Origin: Polyangiales bacterium
GTDB taxonomy: Bacteria > Myxococcota_A > Polyangia > Polyangiales > JADJQN01
Direction: 5' to 3'
Assembly: GCA_964202905.1 (NCBI GenBank)
Contig: CAXNJO010000002.1
Location: 512,001-576,000 of the forward strand
Length of the DNA: 64,000 bases
The first letter of the stretch is position 1. Each line of letters starts with the position of its first letter. This document shows, piece after piece, positions 15,695 through 26,348 of this stretch. The translations under genes were made by a program, and so were the position numbers. The notes beneath the pieces were generated by a model. The model was not told the origin of the DNA, did no database searches, and saw nothing but the letters and a program-made list of their open reading frames with translations.

Positions 15695-17140
15695 ATGGAA
15701 ATCCTCTTCGTGACCTCCGAGGTCGCCCCCTACAGCAAGGCGACCGGCCTCGCCGAGGTGTGCGGCGCGCTGCCGAAGGCGCTGCGCGGGCTCGGACACA
15801 AGGTCACCGTCCTCTCGCCCCTCTACGCGCACATCGATCCGGCGGCCCGCTCGCTCGCGCGCCGCCTGATGAAGATCGAGGTGATGCTCGGCGGCAAGAA
15901 GGTCGCCTGCGAACTCTACGACGGCCGCACCTCCGGCGGCGTCGATCTGCTCTTCCTCGGCCACGAGGAGTTGTTCCGCCGCGTGCCGCACCTCTACGGC
16001 GAGGGCGAGGCGTACGCGCTCGACGCCCAGCGCTTCGCGCTGCTCTCGCTCGGCGCGCTCGAGCTGATCAAGAAGCGTGAGCCGCGCTTCGACGTGCTGC
16101 ATGCGCACGACTGGCCCGCCGCGCTCGCGGTCTTTCTCGCGAAGCGCGATCCGGCGCTCGCAGGCCTGCCCACGGTGCTCACCGTCCACGATCTCGCGCG
16201 TCAAGGCAGCTTCCCGAAGGGCACGATGGAGACGCTGGGGCTCCCGTGGGAGCTCTTCAACCCCGAAGGCCTCGAGTTCTACGGGCTGCTCAACCTCCTG
16301 AAGGGCGGTGTCCTCGCCGCAGATCGTGTGACGACGGTGTCGCCCTCGTACGCCGCGGAGGTCCGCACCCCCGAGGGCGGTCACGGGCTCGACGGCGTGC
16401 TGCGCGCGCGCGGCCGCGACCTCGTCGGCATCCTCGACGGCGTGGACGTCGCGGTGTGGAACCCCGCGACCGACGCCGCCCTCCCCGCCCGCTTCGATCC
16501 CATCGACCTCACGGGCAAGGCGCGCAGCAAGAGCGAGCTGCAGCGCGCGCTCGGGCTCCCGCAGCGCGCGGACGTCCCGCTCGTCGGCGCGACGGGCAAG
16601 CCCGTGGCGGCGCGCGGCTTCGATCTGCTCGTGAAGGCGCTCCCGCAGATCCTCCGCAACGATGTGCAGGTGGTCGTGCACGCCGAGGAGGGCGGCGACG
16701 CGGAGCTCCTCGACGTGCTCGCCGAGCTCGCGACGCGCTGGCCCGATCGCCTCGCCGTGCTGCACGCCGACGACTCCGGCACGCACCGCGTGCTCGGCGG
16801 CGCAGACCTGCTCGTCGTCCCCTCGCGCACCGAACCGAGCGGTCACCTCCAGCGCTACGCGCACCGCTACGGCGCGCTGCCGATCTGCCGGCGCACGGGC
16901 GGTCACGTCGACACGGTCGTCGACGCGGACGCCAAGCTCGAGAGCGGCAGCGGCTTCCTCTACGACGACGCCACGCCGCAGGCGCTGCTCGGCGCGGTGC
17001 GCCGCGGGCTCGCGGCTTTCACGCTCGGTGCCCCGTTCGACGGCATGCGCCGACGCGCGATGCGCATCGACCACTCGTGGGAGCGCAGCGCACGGCTCTA
17101 CGAGGCGCTCTACCGCGACCTGACGACGCCCGCGCAGTGA
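15695..17140 (+). CDS. glgA: Glycogen synthase-like GT5 glycosyltransferase
   Basis: ILFVTSEVAPYSK..GLA, HAHDW, TTVSPSYA.E, WNPATD, PSRTEPSG, SWERSA..Y. Confidence 0.85.
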   Translation: MEILFVTSEVAPYSKATGLAEVCGALPKALRGLGHKVTVLSPLYAHIDPAARSLARRLMKIEVMLGGKKVACELYDGRTSGGVDLLFLGHEELFRRVPHLYGEGEAYALDAQRFALLSLGALELIKKREPRFDVLHAHDWPAALAVFLAKRDPALAGLPTVLTVHDLARQGSFPKGTMETLGLPWELFNPEGLEFYGLLNLLKGGVLAADRVTTVSPSYAAEVRTPEGGHGLDGVLRARGRDLVGILDGVDVAVWNPATDAALPARFDPIDLTGKARSKSELQRALGLPQRADVPLVGATGKPVAARGFDLLVKALPQILRNDVQVVVHAEEGGDAELLDVLAELATRWPDRLAVLHADDSGTHRVLGGADLLVVPSRTEPSGHLQRYAHRYGALPICRRTGGHVDTVVDADAKLESGSGFLYDDATPQALLGAVRRGLAAFTLGAPFDGMRRRAMRIDHSWERSARLYEALYRDLTTPAQ

Positions 17141-17185
17141 GCGTCGACAGCGGGGCCCGGCGTGCCGCGCAGCGCGCGCGCCGGA

Positions 17186-17671
17186 TCACTCGCGGAAGTT
17201 GGTGAACTGCAGATCGGCCTTGAAATCCTCGGCCTTCAGGGCGGCGATGGCCTCCTGGAGGTCGTCGCGCTTCTTGCCCGCGACGCGCACCTGATCGGCC
17301 TGGATCGACGCCTGCACCTTGAGCTTGGTGTCCTTGATGTGCTTGACGATCTCCCGGGCCTTCTCGATCGAGATGCCCTGCTGGAGCTTGATCACCTGAC
17401 GGAACGTGCCCTTCGTCGCGGGCTCGACCTTCTGCGGGTCGAGCGAGCGCACGGACACGCCGCGCTTGATCAGCTTCTCTAGCAGGACCGTGCGGGCAGC
17501 CTCGAGGCGCCCTTCGCTCGACGAGCGCAGGAGCATGCCCTCGTCGGTCTTCTCGATCTCGGTGCCCGTGTCCTTGAAATCGAAGCGTGAGCCGATCTCC
17601 TTCTGCGCTTGGAGGACGGCGTTGTCGACCTCGTTCATGGAGACCTTCGAGACGATGTCGAACGACGGCAT
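17186..17671 (-). CDS. yajQ: YajQ-family nucleotide/c-di-GMP-binding protein
   Basis: MPSFDIVSK..EVDNA, RFDFK, KVQASIQ.DQVRV.GKKRDDLQ, QFTNFRE. Confidence 0.95.
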   Translation of the reverse strand: MPSFDIVSKVSMNEVDNAVLQAQKEIGSRFDFKDTGTEIEKTDEGMLLRSSSEGRLEAARTVLLEKLIKRGVSVRSLDPQKVEPATKGTFRQVIKLQQGISIEKAREIVKHIKDTKLKVQASIQADQVRVAGKKRDDLQEAIAALKAEDFKADLQFTNFRE

Positions 17672-17739
17672 GCGATCAGTCCTCCGCGTGGATGTGGCGC
17701 GCGACGATAGGGACCTCGCCGCGCCGACGCAAGCGTGGC

Positions 17740-18453
17740 TCAACGAGACGGGAGCGTGATGTCCGGCGCGCGCACGTAGAGCGGCTCGAGCGCGCCGAGC
17801 GCATCCGCGCCGCGCCGCGCGTAGAGACGCGCCGCCTCGCGCGCGAGGGCCGCAGCCCCAGGGAATCCAGCGCCTTTCGGCCCCGCGACCACCACACGAC
17901 CCGCGACAACGAGCGCGGCCTCGAGCGGACCGCGCAGCGATGGGGGCGCGTCGCCGACGAGCACGAGCGCGCCCGCGTCCGCGGGAAGCCCCGCGAGGAT
18001 CCGCGCCGCGGCGTCCTCGGGCGACGCGTGAAAGGGCGCGATCCGCTCGACCAGGTCGCCAGCGGCGTCCTCCGCGTAGGCCGCGCCGAAGACCTCCTGC
18101 TTGTGGGCGTCGAGGAGCGTGACGGCGATGCGCGCGCCCGGCTCGACGCCTCGCGCGAGCACGCGCAGCGAGCACACCCCGACGAGCGGCGTGCCCCGCG
18201 CGAGCGCGAGCCCCTTCACGGTCGCGAGGGCCACGCGCACGCCCGTGAACGAGCCCGGCCCGAGACCGACCGCGAAGAGCTCCACTTCGGCGATCCCGAC
18301 GCCGGCCTCCTCGAGCACGCGCACGACGTTCGGGAGCAGCGTCTCGCCGTGCTTCGCGCTCACGCGGGCCGCGAGCTCCGCGCGCACCTCCCCTCGCTCG
18401 ACGAGCGCCACCGAGCCGACCGCCGTCGAGGTGTCCACAGCGAGGACGAGCAC
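17740..18453 (-). CDS. tsaB: tRNA threonylcarbamoyladenosine biosynthesis protein TsaB
   Basis: LAVDTST, HGETLLP, GPGSFTGVR, LEPLYVR. Confidence 0.93.
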   Translation of the reverse strand: MLVLAVDTSTAVGSVALVERGEVRAELAARVSAKHGETLLPNVVRVLEEAGVGIAEVELFAVGLGPGSFTGVRVALATVKGLALARGTPLVGVCSLRVLARGVEPGARIAVTLLDAHKQEVFGAAYAEDAAGDLVERIAPFHASPEDAAARILAGLPADAGALVLVGDAPPSLRGPLEAALVVAGRVVVAGPKGAGFPGAAALAREAARLYARRGADALGALEPLYVRAPDITLPSR

Positions 18454-18596
18454 GACCGCGCGTATAGCACCCACGCCGCGCCCGCGGGGCCCCCCAACGC
18501 GCCGCGACGGATACCGCAACCTCCTTGCGATCTTGACCCCGCGATCGCCGGGCCATACCGTGCGTTCCTTTCTTCGCGCCGCAGGACCCCGAGCCG

Positions 18597-19199
18597 ATGA
18601 CCGACACACGCGCGATGCTCGGCCTGCTCGTGCCGACCGATCCCACGTGGGTGTCGGCGGTCGAGCGTGACTTGCCGGGCATGCTCTCCGACCACGCGCA
18701 CTGCGAGCTGAAGGCCGCGCAGAGCGCGCTCTCGCTCGTCGGCAAGTACGGCGGGCCGCACCCGGAGCTGGTCGCGCCGCTGCTCGCGCTCGCGCACGAG
18801 GAGACCGAACACTTCGCCGAGGTCGAGCGTCGGCTCGCGGCCTCGGGGCGCCGGCTCGGCGAACCACGCACGGACGACTACGTCGGCGCGCTGCGGAAGG
18901 TCGCGCGCCGCGACGGCGCTTCGTCACCCGCGCTGCTCGATCGGCTGCTGGTCGCGAGCCTCGTCGAGGCGCGGAGCTGCGAGCGCTTCCGGCTGCTCTC
19001 GACGCACCTCGCCGACACGGCGCTGCGCGCGTTCTACGCGGAGTTGATGGCCTCCGAGGCGCGGCACTACCGCCTCTTCGCGGGGCTTGCCGAGAAGCTC
19101 TTCGGCGTGGAGGATGCGCGCGCCCGGCTCGGTGAACTCGCCGCGCGCGAGGCCCTGATCGCCGGGCGGCTGCCGCTCGGCCCGACCGTGCACGGCTGA
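18597..19199 (+). CDS. miaE: tRNA-(ms2io6A37) hydroxylase MiaE
   Basis: DHAHCELKAA, EETEHF, LVEARSCERF, SEARHY diiron ligands. Confidence 0.92.
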   Translation: MTDTRAMLGLLVPTDPTWVSAVERDLPGMLSDHAHCELKAAQSALSLVGKYGGPHPELVAPLLALAHEETEHFAEVERRLAASGRRLGEPRTDDYVGALRKVARRDGASSPALLDRLLVASLVEARSCERFRLLSTHLADTALRAFYAELMASEARHYRLFAGLAEKLFGVEDARARLGELAAREALIAGRLPLGPTVHG

Positions 19200-19242
19200 C
19201 CGCGCGATCCGAGCACCCGACCCCCCGCGAGATCGGAACGAG

Positions 19243-20004
19243 ATGAGCGAGTCCAGCGAACAGAGCTCCGAGAAAGCGCGCGAGCACGAGCCCCCGGCGG
19301 CGCAGACGCACGCGGCGCCGGCCGAGACGAGCTGGCAGCGGACGAGCGCCAACCTGAAGACGATCGGCGGCGCGGTGCTGCTCGCCTTCTTCATCCGGAT
19401 CGTGCTGTTCGAGCCGTTCGAGATCGAGGGCCCGTCGATGGAGCCGACGTTGCTCAACCGCGACCGCGTCGTCGTCGCGAAGTTCATGTACGGGCTCTTC
19501 CTGCCCTTCATGGACGACGCCGCGCTCACCTGGGGCGTGCCCGAGCTCGGCGACGTCGTCATCGTGAAGAGCCCCGCGGACAACATCGACATCGTCAAGC
19601 GCGTGATCGGCCTCCCGGGTGACCGCGTCGAGCTCCGCGAGGACGTCGTCTGGCGCAACGGCCGCCCCATCACCCATCGGCCCGCGGGCCCGTGCGACGC
19701 CGGGCTGCGCTCGTTCGACCCGGACGAGGAGGCGAACTGCGAGTGGACGGAGGAGTCCCTCGGCGACGAGACCTACCGCACGAGCCACGACCCCGCGTAC
19801 GCGCCCTTCACGAGCGCGTCGGTGACGACGGTGCCGCCGGGCCATGTGTTCATCCTCGGCGACCACCGCGACCGTTCGAACGACAGCCGCTACTTCGGCC
19901 CCGTGCCGATCGCGCGCGTGAAGGGCAAGGCGCTCGCGATCTACTGGTCGAGCGACGAGAGCGGCGCATTCCGCGGCGATCGCTTCTTCAAAGTCCTGCA
20001 CTGA
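19243..20004 (+). CDS. lepB: Signal peptidase I
   Basis: GPSMEPTL, VKRVIGLPGD, GDHRDRSNDSRYFG. Confidence 0.95.
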   Translation: MSESSEQSSEKAREHEPPAAQTHAAPAETSWQRTSANLKTIGGAVLLAFFIRIVLFEPFEIEGPSMEPTLLNRDRVVVAKFMYGLFLPFMDDAALTWGVPELGDVVIVKSPADNIDIVKRVIGLPGDRVELREDVVWRNGRPITHRPAGPCDAGLRSFDPDEEANCEWTEESLGDETYRTSHDPAYAPFTSASVTTVPPGHVFILGDHRDRSNDSRYFGPVPIARVKGKALAIYWSSDESGAFRGDRFFKVLH

Positions 20005-20095
20005 CCCGATCCCGCGCTGCCCGGATTCGTCTGCGCCAGGCGACCGTGCGCGCGCGCCGTGCCGCGGCGCGGCGCAGCGCTATACTCGCGCGCCC

Positions 20096-21586
20096 TTGAG
20101 CTTCATCGACGACATGCGCGGCCTCGTCGGCACCCGACTCGCCGAGGAGACCGGGACGCTCTACAGCGAGGCCCCCGAGCGCGTCGCCCTGCTCTACCCG
20201 AGCCCGTACTCCGCGGGGATGTCGTCGCTCGGCTTCCAGACGATCTACCGAGAAATCCACCGCAGCGGTCGCGGTGCCGATCGTGCCTTCCTGCCCGACG
20301 ACGTCGCCGCGTGGCGCGCGTCGCGGGCGCCGCTCTTCACGTACGAGGCCGCGCGGCCGGTCGGTGACTACACGGTGGTCGCGGTCTCGGTGGCCTACGA
20401 GCTCGAGCTCGCCGGGCTCGTCGACGCGCTCGGCCTCGCGGGGATCCCGCTGCTCGCCGCGGAGCGCACCGGGCGACACCCCTTCGTGCTCGCGGGCGGT
20501 CCGCTCACGTTCTCCAATCCGCTCCCGCTCGGCCCCTTCGCCGACGCGGTGCTCATGGGCGAAGCGGACGAGACGATCCACACCGCGCTCGACGTGATCT
20601 TCGCGGCGGACGGCGATCGACGCCGCATCCTCGAGACGCTCGCGCGCGAGGTGCCTTCGGCCTGGATCCCCTCGATGCATGGGGATCAGATGCCGCCGGT
20701 CGCGCAGTGCAGCGACACGCTGCTGCCCGCGTACGCGCAGATCACGACGCCGAACACCGAGCTGCGCGACATGTTCCTCGTGGAGACGTCGCGCGGCTGC
20801 TCGCGCGGCTGCCACTACTGCGTGATGCGCCGCTCGACGAACGGCGGCATGCGCATCGTGCCCGTCGACGACATCTTCGCGCGCATCCCGGAGACCGCGA
20901 AGCGCGTGGGGCTCGTCGGCGCGGCGGTGAGCGATCACCCGCGCATCGCCGACATCGTCGAGCGGCTCGCGGACGAAGGGCGCGGCGTCGGGCTCTCGTC
21001 GCTGCGCCCCGATCGCCTCAACGACCGCTTCGTCGCCGCGCTCAAGCGCGGCGGCTATCGCACGCTCACCACCGCAGGAGATGGTGCCAGCGAGCGAATG
21101 CGCGAGTCCATCCAGCGCAAGACACGCGAGCGGCACCTCGTGAAGGCGGCCGAACTTGCGCGCGCGCACGGCATGGACCGGATGAAGCTCTACATGATGT
21201 GCGGGCTCCCCGGCGAGGACGAGACCGACATCGACGAGCTCGTTCGCTTCTCGACCGAGCTGTCGAAGATCATCCCGCTCGCGCTCGGCATCGGCCCCTT
21301 CGTCGCGAAGCGCAACACGCCGCTCGATGGCGCCCCGTTTGCGGGGATCCCCGTCGTCGAGGCGCGGCTCGAGCGGCTGCGGCGCGGCGTGCGCGGGCGC
21401 GTCGACGTGCGCGCGACGAGCGCACGCTGGGGCTGGGTCGAGCACGTGCTCGCGCAGGGCGGGCAGGCCGAGGGCCGCGCCGTGATCGACGCCGTCAAGG
21501 CGGGCGGGCGGTTCGCGGACTGGAAGCGCGCGTTCAATGCGCTGCCCGCGGAGCGACCGCGGCGCGCGCTCGCGATCGTGGGCTGA
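20096..21586 (+). CDS. Radical SAM protein (B12-binding/TIGR03960-like)
   Basis: YPSPYSAGMSSLGFQ; ETSRGCSRGCHYC CxxxCxxC; KLYMMCGLPGE. Confidence 0.88.
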   Translation: MSFIDDMRGLVGTRLAEETGTLYSEAPERVALLYPSPYSAGMSSLGFQTIYREIHRSGRGADRAFLPDDVAAWRASRAPLFTYEAARPVGDYTVVAVSVAYELELAGLVDALGLAGIPLLAAERTGRHPFVLAGGPLTFSNPLPLGPFADAVLMGEADETIHTALDVIFAADGDRRRILETLAREVPSAWIPSMHGDQMPPVAQCSDTLLPAYAQITTPNTELRDMFLVETSRGCSRGCHYCVMRRSTNGGMRIVPVDDIFARIPETAKRVGLVGAAVSDHPRIADIVERLADEGRGVGLSSLRPDRLNDRFVAALKRGGYRTLTTAGDGASERMRESIQRKTRERHLVKAAELARAHGMDRMKLYMMCGLPGEDETDIDELVRFSTELSKIIPLALGIGPFVAKRNTPLDGAPFAGIPVVEARLERLRRGVRGRVDVRATSARWGWVEHVLAQGGQAEGRAVIDAVKAGGRFADWKRAFNALPAERPRRALAIVG

Positions 21587-21657
21587 GTCGCTTCACACGG
21601 CGCACGCGTTGTGAGAGGATACAACCCCGTGCGGGGCATTCCCCGCCGGGGAGGCCC

Positions 21658-22629
21658 ATGTTTGCACAAGGCTTGTCGCGTGTCCGTCTCGTCGTCGCCC
21701 TGCTCGCCGCGCTACCGACTCTGATGCTCGTCGCGCCCGCGTCCGCGCGCGTGGGGGCGCACATGCAGCGGTTCCGCGGCGACTACCTGATCGTCAACTC
21801 CGACTGGGAGGAACAGGCGCCCGTGACGCGCGGGCGGCGCACGACGCTGCTCTTCCGCACCAGCCGCAGCCTCCCGGGCTCGGAACTGCGCGTCGACGTG
21901 GACGCCAACGGTTACGTCAGCGCCGCGACGGCGAGGTTTCCGCGCGCGGAAGCGCTGCCCTGGGTCGACGCCGACGAGGCACACCGCGCGGGGCGCCTGC
22001 CGCGGGCCGGTCGAAGCGCCGGGCGATGCCGACTGAACTGGCCCGTGCGGAGCTTCCTGGAGTTCGGCGTCCCGGTCGACGACGAGGACGAAATCGCCGC
22101 CATCGTGGAAGAAGACATTCACCTGCCCTGCCGCGAACCCGCCGTCGCCCCCGTCTCCCAACTCGGCCAGTTCCTCGTGGGCACCCGGGCCACCGCGCGT
22201 GCGCGTTTCGGCAAGTCGGAGGTCACGGCGCGCTTGAGCCGCAACGGCACCACCGAGTTCGTCGACTTGACGATCACCCTGCGGGGGCGCCCGACCCGCG
22301 ACGCGTTCGCGGAGGCCCTCCCGCCGCGACCGACCTCTCGCCCCGATGGGCTCGCTCTCGAGCGCATGCCCACGCGCGAAGAGCTCATCGCCGGCAGCAC
22401 CCGGATGGCGGAGGCGCTCGGCGCCTGCGTGGCCCAGGGCGCCCCGCCCGGCGCAGCGCTCGTCGCCCTCGAACTCGACTGGACGGGCCACGTCCGTCGC
22501 GTCGTGATGCCGCCCGAGTGGAGCGCGTCACCGGGCGCCGCCTGCCTCGACGACGCCGCGAAGCGCTTCGAAGTTCCCCCGTTCAGGCTCGCGAGCCACA
22601 CCGTGCGCTTCCCCGTCACGCTGCGCTGA
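21658..22629 (+). CDS. Secreted hypothetical protein with TonB-C/AgmX-like C-terminal domain
   Basis: Signal peptide ending APASA; C-terminal C...GHV...ACL..AAKRF.VPPF...VRFPV. Confidence 0.6.
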   Translation: MFAQGLSRVRLVVALLAALPTLMLVAPASARVGAHMQRFRGDYLIVNSDWEEQAPVTRGRRTTLLFRTSRSLPGSELRVDVDANGYVSAATARFPRAEALPWVDADEAHRAGRLPRAGRSAGRCRLNWPVRSFLEFGVPVDDEDEIAAIVEEDIHLPCREPAVAPVSQLGQFLVGTRATARARFGKSEVTARLSRNGTTEFVDLTITLRGRPTRDAFAEALPPRPTSRPDGLALERMPTREELIAGSTRMAEALGACVAQGAPPGAALVALELDWTGHVRRVVMPPEWSASPGAACLDDAAKRFEVPPFRLASHTVRFPVTLR

Positions 22630-22642
22630 GCGTCTCCGCGCG

Positions 22643-23239
22643 ATGCGCACCGTGCGGCTCGCACTCCCCGCGGAACGCCCGCTGTGGCTCGGCGTCGTCG
22701 CCGACACGCACGGGCGTCCGCACCCACGCGCGGCTTCGCTGCTCGCGCGGTCCCCCGACGACACGCCGCTCGACGCCATCCTCCATGGCGGTGATGTCGG
22801 CGACCTCGCCGTGCTCGACGCGCTCGCGGCATGCGCGCCCGTCCACGCGGTGCGCGGCAACATCGACGGAACACGCACCGCGCTGCCCGACACGCTGCTG
22901 CTCGTGGTGGACGATGGCGTCGTGCCCGTGCTGCGCGTGCTGCTGACCCACATCGCGGTGAACGGCCCCCGCGTCCGCGCCGAGGTCGCCGCACTCGCGA
23001 CGTCCCACGACGCCGCGATCGTGGTCTGCGGACACTCGCACGTGCCCTTTCTCGGGCGCGATCGCGGCCTCACGCTCTTCAACCCCGGTTCCATCGGGCC
23101 GCGTCGGCTGCGACTCCCCATCACGCTCGGGATGATGCGCATCGCCCGCGACGGCGTGCGCTTCTCGCATCTCGATTGCGAGACGGGCGAGCGCTGGATC
23201 CCCGTTCCGCGAGCGGGCGCATCACGGACGAGATGCTGA
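22643..23239 (+). CDS. YfcE-like metallophosphoesterase
   Basis: ADTHG, HGGD, VRGNID, GHSHVP, NPGS. Confidence 0.9.
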   Translation: MRTVRLALPAERPLWLGVVADTHGRPHPRAASLLARSPDDTPLDAILHGGDVGDLAVLDALAACAPVHAVRGNIDGTRTALPDTLLLVVDDGVVPVLRVLLTHIAVNGPRVRAEVAALATSHDAAIVVCGHSHVPFLGRDRGLTLFNPGSIGPRRLRLPITLGMMRIARDGVRFSHLDCETGERWIPVPRAGASRTRC

Positions 23240-23343
23240 GTTCGCACCACACGAGAATGGGATTCTCACGAGCGCGAGCGACGGTGTTCGAATCGCGCAA
23301 ACAGGGCATCGACGCGCGACACGCGTGATGCCCGACGTCGCGC

Positions 23344-24552
23344 TCAGCCGAGGATCATCGTCTCGCGCACGAGCGCGCCCGTGCGGAAGCGCCGGAAGTT
23401 CCACTTCTCGAAGACGGGATCGCCCTGCCCGCCCGCGAGGTGCTCGGCCGCGAGCTTGCCCATGATGGGCGCCATCATGAAGCCGTGGCCCATGAAGCCA
23501 CAGAGCTGATAGAAACCCTCGATCTCGTCGATGAAACCGACGATCGGGCTCCCGTCCGGCGTGAGGTCGTAACAGCCCCCCCACTGGCGCAGCACGCGCA
23601 CGGCGCCGAGCACGGGCATCGCGCGCACGAGCGCGCTCGCGTAAAGGCCCAGAAAATCCGCGGAAGAGCCCTGATCGAGGCCCTCGGGGACGTGCTCGTT
23701 CGAGATGCCGCCGACGATCTCACCGCGCATCGACTGCGAGAAATAGAGCCCGCTCGCGAGGTCGGCCACCAACGGACGCAGAAACGGTTTGAGCGGCTCG
23801 GTCGAGCAGATCTCGTGGCGGTGCGGGTGGTTCGGCAACGCGACGCCGACGAGCTTCGCGAGCTGCGGGCTCCAGGCGCCCGTCGCGTTCACCACGAGCG
23901 GCGCGCGGATCGTGCCGTGCGGCGTCACCACGCCCGCGATGCGGCGGCCGCCGCCCGACGTCTCGAGCGCGATGACCTCCGTGAAGGTGTGCACCGCGAC
24001 GCCGTGCTGCGCGCAGGCGCGCGCGTAGCCCCACACGAAGGGCCATGGGAACACGACACCGTCGTCCGGGTTGTAGCTCGCGGCGACGACGGTCGCGGCG
24101 TCGAGCTCGGGCACGATGCGCTTGGCCTCGCGCGCGTCGATCATCCGTGTGCGCAGTCCATGCTCGCGCTGCAGGGCCGCCGAGGCGGCAAGCTCGCGGG
24201 CACGTGCGTCGGTGTGCGCGAGGAAGAGATAACCGCCCTGTCGAAACCAGACGTTGATCCGCATCTCCGTCGCGAACTCCGCGCAGAGGCGCACCGACTC
24301 CTTCATCAGGCGGATGTTGGTCTCGCTCGACCATTGCGCGCGCACGCCACCGCCGTTGCGCCCGCTCGCGCCGCCGCAGAGATAGCCCTTGTCGAGCACG
24401 ACGATGCGGCGGGACCGGTCGAGGCGCGCGAGGTGGTACGCGGTCGCGAGGCCCATGATGCCGCCGCCGACGATGACGACGTCGGCCTCTTGCGGCAGAG
24501 GCGCGCCGACGGGCGGGACCGGCGGCGGAACGGACGGCGCGTGCGCGGGCAT
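23344..24552 (-). CDS. FAD-dependent oxidoreductase (sarcosine oxidase beta / proline dehydrogenase beta-like)
   Basis: IVGGGIMG, GASGRNGGGVRAQ, YDLTPDGSPIVG, GFMGHGFMMAP. Confidence 0.9.
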   Translation of the reverse strand: MPAHAPSVPPPVPPVGAPLPQEADVVIVGGGIMGLATAYHLARLDRSRRIVVLDKGYLCGGASGRNGGGVRAQWSSETNIRLMKESVRLCAEFATEMRINVWFRQGGYLFLAHTDARARELAASAALQREHGLRTRMIDAREAKRIVPELDAATVVAASYNPDDGVVFPWPFVWGYARACAQHGVAVHTFTEVIALETSGGGRRIAGVVTPHGTIRAPLVVNATGAWSPQLAKLVGVALPNHPHRHEICSTEPLKPFLRPLVADLASGLYFSQSMRGEIVGGISNEHVPEGLDQGSSADFLGLYASALVRAMPVLGAVRVLRQWGGCYDLTPDGSPIVGFIDEIEGFYQLCGFMGHGFMMAPIMGKLAAEHLAGGQGDPVFEKWNFRRFRTGALVRETMILG

Positions 24553-24839
24553 CAGCGCTCCCCCCCGTCGCGACGAGGACGCGCGAGCCCCGCGAGGTGC
24601 GCGAGCGGCACGGGATGGAACGGCGGGCGCGGCGTGATGGGGCCGGTCGGCGGCTCCCCCCCCGCGGCGACGAGCACGCGCGCGCAGAGCGCGACGCACT
24701 GCTTGCCCTGACACCAACCGGTGCCGAAGCCCGTGAACCGCTTCACGGACTCGAGGTCGCGGTAGCCGCGCGCGACCGCCTCCTCGACGTCGTGCGCGCT
24801 CACGTCCTCGCAACGGCAGACGATCACCTTATCCGCCAC
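24552..24839 (-). CDS. BFD-like (2Fe-2S)-binding subunit
   Basis: VCRCEDV...KRFTGFGTGWCQGKQC...TPRPP. Confidence 0.85.
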   Translation of the reverse strand: MADKVIVCRCEDVSAHDVEEAVARGYRDLESVKRFTGFGTGWCQGKQCVALCARVLVAAGGEPPTGPITPRPPFHPVPLAHLAGLARPRRDGGER

Positions 24840-26196
24840 GTCGCGCCCCCTCTCCGACATGAACCGCGGCGGCGTGGCCGGCAGCGCGTCCCTGCGCGAG
24901 GGCGGCGCGCAGATCCCGCACGCCCGCGCACTCGCCCACCGCGTACACGCCCGGCGCAGCGGTCTGGCCGTCCTGCGCCGAGGCGGTGACCACGAAGGCC
25001 TCGCCCGAAAACGCGACCGCCGCCCCCGCCTGCTCCGCGAGCTCGTACGCCGGCGATGGCGGCGGCGCGATCGCCACACCATCACAGACGATGGTCTCTA
25101 CGTCGGAGCGCTCCCCGTCGCGTCGGTGGCCGAGGTCGGCCGCACCGGCAACACGATGCACGTCGAGGGCGCGCACGCTCGGCCGTCCCCGCGCGCGCCG
25201 TGCGGCCTCCGCGGCGAAGGGGCCTAGCACCTCGGCGCGTCGGGCGCGGAGGGCGGCCGCGAGCGCGTCGCTCCAGAGCCCGGTGCCGACGATGGCGATG
25301 CGCTCCCCGGGAAGCACGCCGTGACGCAAGAGCACGCAGGCCGCGCGAACGCCCATCACACCCGGGAGGTCGGCGCCTTCGAACGCCATCGCCCCCTCGT
25401 GCGAACCGGTCGCGACGACGAGGCGTCCGAACGACACCCGCACGACGTGATCCTTCGCGTGCGCGAGGACTTCCGCGCCGTACACGCCGATCGCCGCGTG
25501 CCGCGTGAGGACACGGACGCCCGCCGCCTCTGCCTCACGCAAGAGCGCGTCGGCCACCGTCGGCGCGTTCTGCTCGCGGCCGCGCTCGTCGATCACCCCG
25601 CCCGGGAACACGAGGAGTTGGCCGCCGGTCTCGGGCGCCTCCTCGAGCAGGACCGTCGTCGCGCCGCCCCGCGCCGCCTCCGTCGCCGCGGCGAGTCCGG
25701 GCGCGCCGCCGCCGATCACGAGCACGTCGCACGCCACCTCGCGTGGAGGCGTGCTCGGCACGAGGCGCGTGGGGAGCTCGCCGATGCCGGCGATTCGGCG
25801 CGCAACCTTCTGCATCGCGCGGTTCACGAGCTTGTTCGCCGTGAACATCTCGTGGTGGTTCATGCCGCCCGGGAAGAACCAGTCCGTCGCGGCGAGCAGA
25901 TCCGACTCGGCTGAGCCGAGCACGTTCTGCGTCTCGACGTGCATCCCGTCGCGCGCGGGCGCACGGCAGGTCATGACGTTGGCGATCCCGTCGATGCGCA
26001 TCAAGCAGCCATCACACCGGCCCGCAAAACACGCCGGGCCACGGGGACGGTGGTATTTCACGCTCCGTGCGAGGAGCGTTCTGCCGGTGGCCACGAGGGC
26101 CACGGCGACCGGCTCGCCGGCGACGGCGGGGACATCGCGTCCATCGACGTGAAGCGTGATCGTCTTCGCGGGATCGACGAGCCGCCGGGTAGGCAC
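24829..26196 (-). CDS. 2Fe-2S + FAD/NAD oxidoreductase (sarcosine oxidase alpha N-terminal / proline dehydrogenase alpha-like)
   Basis: RSVKYHRPRG, CFAGRCDGC..TC, IGGGAPGLAAA, VATGSHE...DLPGV. Confidence 0.85.
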   Translation of the reverse strand: MPTRRLVDPAKTITLHVDGRDVPAVAGEPVAVALVATGRTLLARSVKYHRPRGPACFAGRCDGCLMRIDGIANVMTCRAPARDGMHVETQNVLGSAESDLLAATDWFFPGGMNHHEMFTANKLVNRAMQKVARRIAGIGELPTRLVPSTPPREVACDVLVIGGGAPGLAAATEAARGGATTVLLEEAPETGGQLLVFPGGVIDERGREQNAPTVADALLREAEAAGVRVLTRHAAIGVYGAEVLAHAKDHVVRVSFGRLVVATGSHEGAMAFEGADLPGVMGVRAACVLLRHGVLPGERIAIVGTGLWSDALAAALRARRAEVLGPFAAEAARRARGRPSVRALDVHRVAGAADLGHRRDGERSDVETIVCDGVAIAPPPSPAYELAEQAGAAVAFSGEAFVVTASAQDGQTAAPGVYAVGECAGVRDLRAALAQGRAAGHAAAVHVGEGARRGG

Positions 26197-26348
26197 GCGC
26201 GGACCCTAGCACGCGCCCATTCCCGGTCGTGGGCTCCGTGGTGCTCGTCCGCGCGCAGAAGGCCTGACGCCCTTCGCCCGGCCCTCCCTCGCGAGAGAGG
26301 CGTCGTTCGATCCGTGGACGTGGTCGTCGCGCAGACAGCGACGCGCGC

